A stretch of DNA of 63,594 nt, counting the filler, from Collodictyon triciliatum (lineage: Eukaryota), in assembly GCA_043381765.1 (NCBI GenBank). It is 5 parts of 5 records of this genome, joined end to end, with 100 filler letters (N's around TTAATTAATTAA, not from the genome) between each part and the next. Parts side by side here need not be neighbours in the genome. Positions count along the whole stretch, not along the records: positions 53,904 to 59,968 come from JBHJMP010000035.1; positions 60,069 to 63,594 come from JBHJMP010000089.1; 3 more parts are not named here. One strand, given 5' to 3'. The translations under genes and the position numbers were made by a program. This document shows positions 57,028 to 63,594 of the stretch, in pieces; position 1 is the first letter of the stretch; each line of letters starts with the position of its first letter. Below the pieces are notes generated by a model. The model searched no databases. It was not told the origin of the DNA and saw only the letters and a list, made by a program, of their open reading frames with translations.

Positions 57028-57844
57028 ATTCCTTTCCCTAATTTCACTTTTGGTTTATCCCAAGTCATCATCCACCTTGCTTTTCTCTCAAGCATATTTT
57101 CTACCTCACACAAACAGTATTACGACAATACGAATTTTGGACAGTGAGGAGCGCTTACGCAGGGCAGAGCATAAATTTATTCGAACACTTCAAGAAAAGG
57201 ATGAAATTGAAAAAAAAAAGAGAGATATCCAGGATGGTAAAAAAAACAATATTGCCAGTTATGACACATTGATACTATTTCATCTTTTTCATCCTTTTCC
57301 ATTTATCAAATATTACAACCACTGATTATCAAACTTTGTAAAATTTTAAATTGGGCCCGAAAGTAATCTTCCTGGAATTAGTAAAGTAACTCGCGGTGGT
57401 ATTTTCTAGAATATGAAGAAAAATTCAAGGGGATGGCAGAGACACTGCATACCCTAGAGGTGGAGAACATCCAATTGAAAAGAAGACTTGACCAGATGGT
57501 GGGAGTATCGACAGAGTATTTTCATTTATATATATGCATGTGTATCAAAAAAAAAAAAAAAACTCTTTTGTATGAATTTTAGTAGTTTTATCTACTTGTT
57601 CACTGGTCTTTTATCTTCTTTCTTTCTCTTTTTTTTATTTGGAGCTATCTATCATGTCGACATAAAAATTTTAAGAAATAATCTCTTGAAACATAGGGAT
57701 GAGCACAGACAACAGGAGGCTCATGCAGACAATGTGTCTGAGCGATGCAGTGAGTATTCTGCAAGCAACAGCGTGTCGAAGAAGGACGGCCCTTCGGATT
57801 CAGGGCGACGCAAGTCTTCGTTCTTTGGACGAAGCAAGAAATAG
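54476..57844 (+). CDS. VASt (StART-like lipid-binding) domain protein with a C-terminal coiled coil
   Basis: LKQTYNLPFDEVVDRFILSDDFREEYHRSLGHSEIMIRPW..RLVSFETP..SVKQEQK..IRTILSGVPFAEHFMM..IECQLEF..KGPIEK matches the VASt/Aster pattern (e.g. xVPY/FxDxF). Later exons are heptad-rich; ends RRKSSFFGRSKK*. An in-frame TAG lies just upstream of ATG 54476. Confidence 0.8.
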
Positions 57845-58294
57845 ATAGGCACAAACACCAATACGAACGACGTAATTTCGAAGCGGACAAAGAAAGCATC
57901 GACAGACGGAAGAAAATATCTTGATTATTATTAGGAGATGGCACAAACATGAAAGGAGAGAAAGGAAAAGAAGAAAGGAAGAAAGGAGGAATCAAAAACT
58001 TCAGCGATAGGGACAATCTGGAACATGGAGGCTGATAACAATAAAATAGACATCCTTGTGGACAGGAGCGCTTGGTTGGCTGAAATCAGGATAAATGTTC
58101 ATTTTCCATATTCATTTTATTCCACTTTCTTTTGTCTTACTTGATAAACGAGAAGACTGGATATGCCATTTCATTTCGATTGTCACATGCTCACTACATT
58201 TGTTACATACGTGCATATATTTGATATATATGAATAGTAACAAACAGAGAGTATTTGTTTGCTAAAAAAAAAAAAAGTACGCGTCTTTGAAGTT

Positions 58295-59906
<1,612 letters not shown>

Positions 59907-60411
59907 CTGAGATGGTTTTATAATTTACTTTTTTTTTTTTTCGTTTCCTTTCGTTTCCTTTTTTTTTTNNNNNNNNNNNNNNNNNNNNNNNNNNNNNNNN
60001 NNNNNNNNNNNNTTAATTAATTAANNNNNNNNNNNNNNNNNNNNNNNNNNNNNNNNNNNNNNNNNNNNAAAAGAAAAAAAGAAAAAAAGAAAAAAAGAAA
60101 AAAGAAAAAAAGAAAAAAAGAAAAAAGAAAAAAAGAAAAAAAGAAAAAAAGAAAAAAAGAAAAAAAGGAAAAAAGAAAAAAAGAAAAAAGAAAAAAGAAA
60201 AAAAGAAAAAAAGAAAAAAAGAAGCAAAGGAACTAAGAAAAAAGAAACGAAGAAAAGAAGAAAAGGAGTCAATAGAGACTGGGCAAGGCACGTTAACGCG
60301 GGCGCAGCCTGTTTCCGCGCGTGCAAACGAGAGGTCGTATCGAGCGCGCCTTTTCTGTAAGCAGCAATCTATTTCCATTTTTGTATTCTTTTTATGGCAT
60401 GGTTGGCAGAT

Positions 60412-61702
60412 TCATCTCTTGGGCGAGCTTGTGGACGAGTCGGAGTCGAGCGTCATTGGCTGGACGGGCGTTTGTGTGGGCCCGTTGAACTGAGTCACAC
60501 GATTGGACAGAGTTGGAGATGGTGATGTGGGTAGTGGCGAGTTGCTGGAGGGTGTTGGCGATGGCGTTGGTTGTGATGGTTGTGATGGTTGTGATGGCTG
60601 TGATGGTTGTGGTGGTTGCAGGGCTGCCAAACTGCGGGGCCGAGACAAAGGAATAGAGGTATTTTAACAAGATTGTGTAATTGATCGGAATGAAGAATGG
60701 CATATTATAGTGGAAACGGGCAATGGTCTACACACCGCTTCCCATAATATTGGCGATTATTATCCAGAATTCGCATGTATGTTTGGTCTTTGATAAAGTT
60801 TGAGTATGCTTCGAAAAGAGGCTTGACTATAAAATCCATGAATCCACATTGGCATTTTTCCTCCTGTGCACGTGGAAGACATGATAAGGAAAATGGCAAA
60901 CCGCGGATAACCGAATAAGTAGACAAATAAATGAATAGAAAGCCAACATTGTTGTTAATTTATGAATTGCATGCATGTTGCGATTTGTTTCGGAACTCAC
61001 AGATGGAGTCGAGCGGTCCATGAAAGGAGAAATAGGCAGTGCGAGTCTTGTTTCTTCGTCTCCCTGACGTAAGAATAAAATAAAATACGAAACGATATTA
61101 AAAAAAAAACGTGATTAAACAAATAGTTTATCTTATTTGTTTGTTTGCAATCAAGTCGTGTGTTTCGATTTTCCTTTGTTCACTTTGAGATGTTGTTTGT
61201 CATGGTTTGTTGCGTTCATTAAAATATTATGTTTGAATGTGTATGATTCACACCTGAATATAAAACTCTTCCATGATTCTATCGACCCATCCTTTGTAAA
61301 TGTACTCAGGCTTTGCTGGGTTGCTTACATCAGCACATTTTACAATAACTTTCAGTATCATCGGGAGATTCTCTTTTGAGGAGCGCAAATCTGATTGTGT
61401 TGATGAGGTATTTGACGGTTGCGATTATTTAAATAAGATATCTCACATATATAGTACTAATCGATATCTTCGATGCTGAATCCTATACAAATAAGTTAAA
61501 GTTGTATGCGTCGCACTTTTAAAATTTATTAAACAACCTTCTGCCTCTAGTTTACTCTTAAATTTGCCGACAATGTCAAAATGTTGGGACAAGTCTGTGG
61601 CCAGAACAAGGTCGATAATCAATGTGCGAAGTGTTTTCCGCCTAAAAGGAGGTGGTTTAAGGAGAAGTCATTCAAAATATTTTATGTAATTTTTGTTCAA
61701 AT

Positions 61703-61798
<96 letters not shown>

Positions 61799-61902
61799 AA
61801 GNNNNNNNNNNNNNNNNNNNNNNNNNNNNNNNNNNNNNNNNNNNNNNNNNNNNNNNNNNNNNNNNNNNNNNNNNNNNNNNNNNNNNNNNNNNNNNNNNNN
61901 NA

Positions 61903-61990
<88 letters not shown>

Positions 61991-63562
61991 AAAAAAGAAA
62001 GGAAGGAAGGAAGAAAGAAAGAAAGAAAGGGAGAGAGAAAGAAAGGGAGAGAGAAAGAAAGGGAGAGAGAAAGAAAGGGAGAGAGAAAGAAAGGGAGAGA
62101 GAAAGCTTACTCTTGCTTGGACATGTTTTCAAGTATGCTCGATTTAGAGTCCTTCATTACTCTGAACCCGGTGGATGAGTGGTGGTTTTCGAGGACCTAG
62201 TTACGTATAGGTTAGTTTTTTTATTTCTAAAAATCTTAGCTGTTGAGAACGTACAGGTTAGTTAATTAGAATGGTTGGTATTGGTTGAAAGTAATTAATC
62301 TTGTGGAATAATTAAAAGAATAATTTTGCATCTAAAATGAATTATTGCCCCTTACCGACTTATCATTGTAGAGAAGAGCGTAATCGGATTCTGTGTTGAC
62401 CATAAAGATGTTTGTGCGACCCTGGAGTATCGTTTTTTTTTTTTTTAATCAAATATGTACAATTTATATCGAGGAATACAATATTATTGAGCATCAATAA
62501 ATATTCTTTTTTTTTTTGGATGACGCAAACAAACTGGATGGTCAACGTCATGAATGATACACGCGATTAAAACAGCCATGACTTCGATGTCATCCATAAC
62601 CCTTGAATGGTATAAAATTACGAATTAATCTATCATGCTAATTTATTTATTTCAACATCGATTGAGTTGACATGCTAGTAATGATTACGAGATAATTCCA
62701 CTGCTAACAAGTAAATAGTGTGCACTCTGCAATACATCTAAAAATAAATAAATAAATAAGTAAAAACGTAGAAAATATAGGCTCATTAATATCATTTCCG
62801 TGATAGAAAAGAGGAAGAATTGCTAAATTATGTTGATGGTTCGAAAAAGTTGTGTTGGGGGAGACCTGTTGCGTGAATAGAATTGTGATAAGGATTGTTT
62901 TCATGGTATGTGCTTTCAATCACTTTCAGAAATGCGTCGAGCTTAAATAAACAACAGAATAGATTGAGAAAAGAGCACGTAATAGGATCAATAATTAAGC
63001 ATTATACCTCCATAATTCTGATTTTTCTAAGATTTCTAAGATTTAATATATAGCCGGCGGATGATATTATAGGTTACCTTTGCTGAATCGATGTCATATT
63101 TTGTTGTAATTTGATACCGCTTGAAAAGAAAGTTTGCCAAATGAAATAGCGGACGTCCGTTACATTTCTCGGAAAAAGCAAATGAGTCAAAGTTCCACTG
63201 GTCCACATGACTCTCGAGAAAAGTGGATATCCCGATTGTGAAGCTGATTTGTTAGTTAGTCGGAGTTAGATTTCATACTTTTGTAGAAGGAAAGAGAGAA
63301 TGATATGCAAGTGGAAGGCATATATTTTGACGGGAAACCGTTGTGAATAAGGATAAATAGGGTGTAAATTCATATGATAAGCCTTATTCATCTGAAGCAT
63401 CTTCAGGAACATTACTCTGGGTCAAGTTCTTGGACTTCGCTGGCTGGGCGAAGGGAAAATTGACCGAGTCCAAGGCCACGCATGCCTGAGCTACTACTCA
63501 GTCGAACAAGATGCAAAAAAAAAAAAAAAGTGTTTACACTCTTTTAGTTTTTCACCCGGGAT

Positions 63563-63594
<32 letters not shown>
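60412..63594 (-). CDS. Class I 3',5'-cyclic nucleotide phosphodiesterase (HD domain), 5'-partial
   Basis: WNFDSF; YHENNPYHNSIHAT; ACIIHDVDHP|GRTNIF..ALLYNDK|SVLENHH; IIDLVLATDLSQHF; KCADVSNPAKP..WVDRIMEEFYIQ|GDEE..LPISPFMDR; QCGFMDFIVKPLF; PSQ-repeat tail ending at 60412. Confidence 0.96.
61704..62104. repeat. (GATA)n and (GAAA)n arrays around an N gap, intronic in the PDE gene
   Basis: Seen directly. Similar (TTTC)n arrays lie at 56929-57026 and 59147-59247. Confidence 0.95.

Overview
AT-rich, very intron-dense nuclear DNA from a eukaryote, most likely a protist (taxon not identifiable from sequence alone), using the standard genetic code. It is a draft scaffold with N-gaps, four of them carrying an artificial TTAATTAATTAA linker. 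The six-frame ORF track is fragmented because genes are split into many short exons; the models below were spliced by hand, so boundaries are approximate. In order: a RING/PHD-finger gene (SLX1-C-like, -); a SNF2/BRM/BRG1-type SWI/SNF ATPase (+); an LRR-SAM gene with one in-frame TAA (-); a decayed non-LTR retroelement ORF1-like remnant (-); a UBL+OTU deubiquitinase (+); a small hypothetical gene; an LRR/Cys-rich/multi-pass membrane receptor-like gene with one-LRR-per-69-nt exons (+); an Arf-like protein lacking recognisable G-motifs (-); DCN1 (-); a Zn-finger + chromodomain gene (-); an intronless HMG-box gene (+); a CUE/Smr nuclease (-); a bacterial-type GH2 beta-galactosidase with many introns (-); a VASt + coiled-coil gene (+); the C-terminal half of an SHPRH/RAD5-like SNF2 helicase (-); and a class I cyclic-nucleotide phosphodiesterase running off the window end (-). 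Many introns carry microsatellites. No tRNA, rRNA or CRISPR was recognised. No single new multi-gene system is evident. The best leads are the Arf-fold pseudo-GTPase, the kinase-less LRR multi-pass receptor, degenerate or A-rich splice signals, and the retroelement remnant beside the stop-interrupted LRR-SAM gene.
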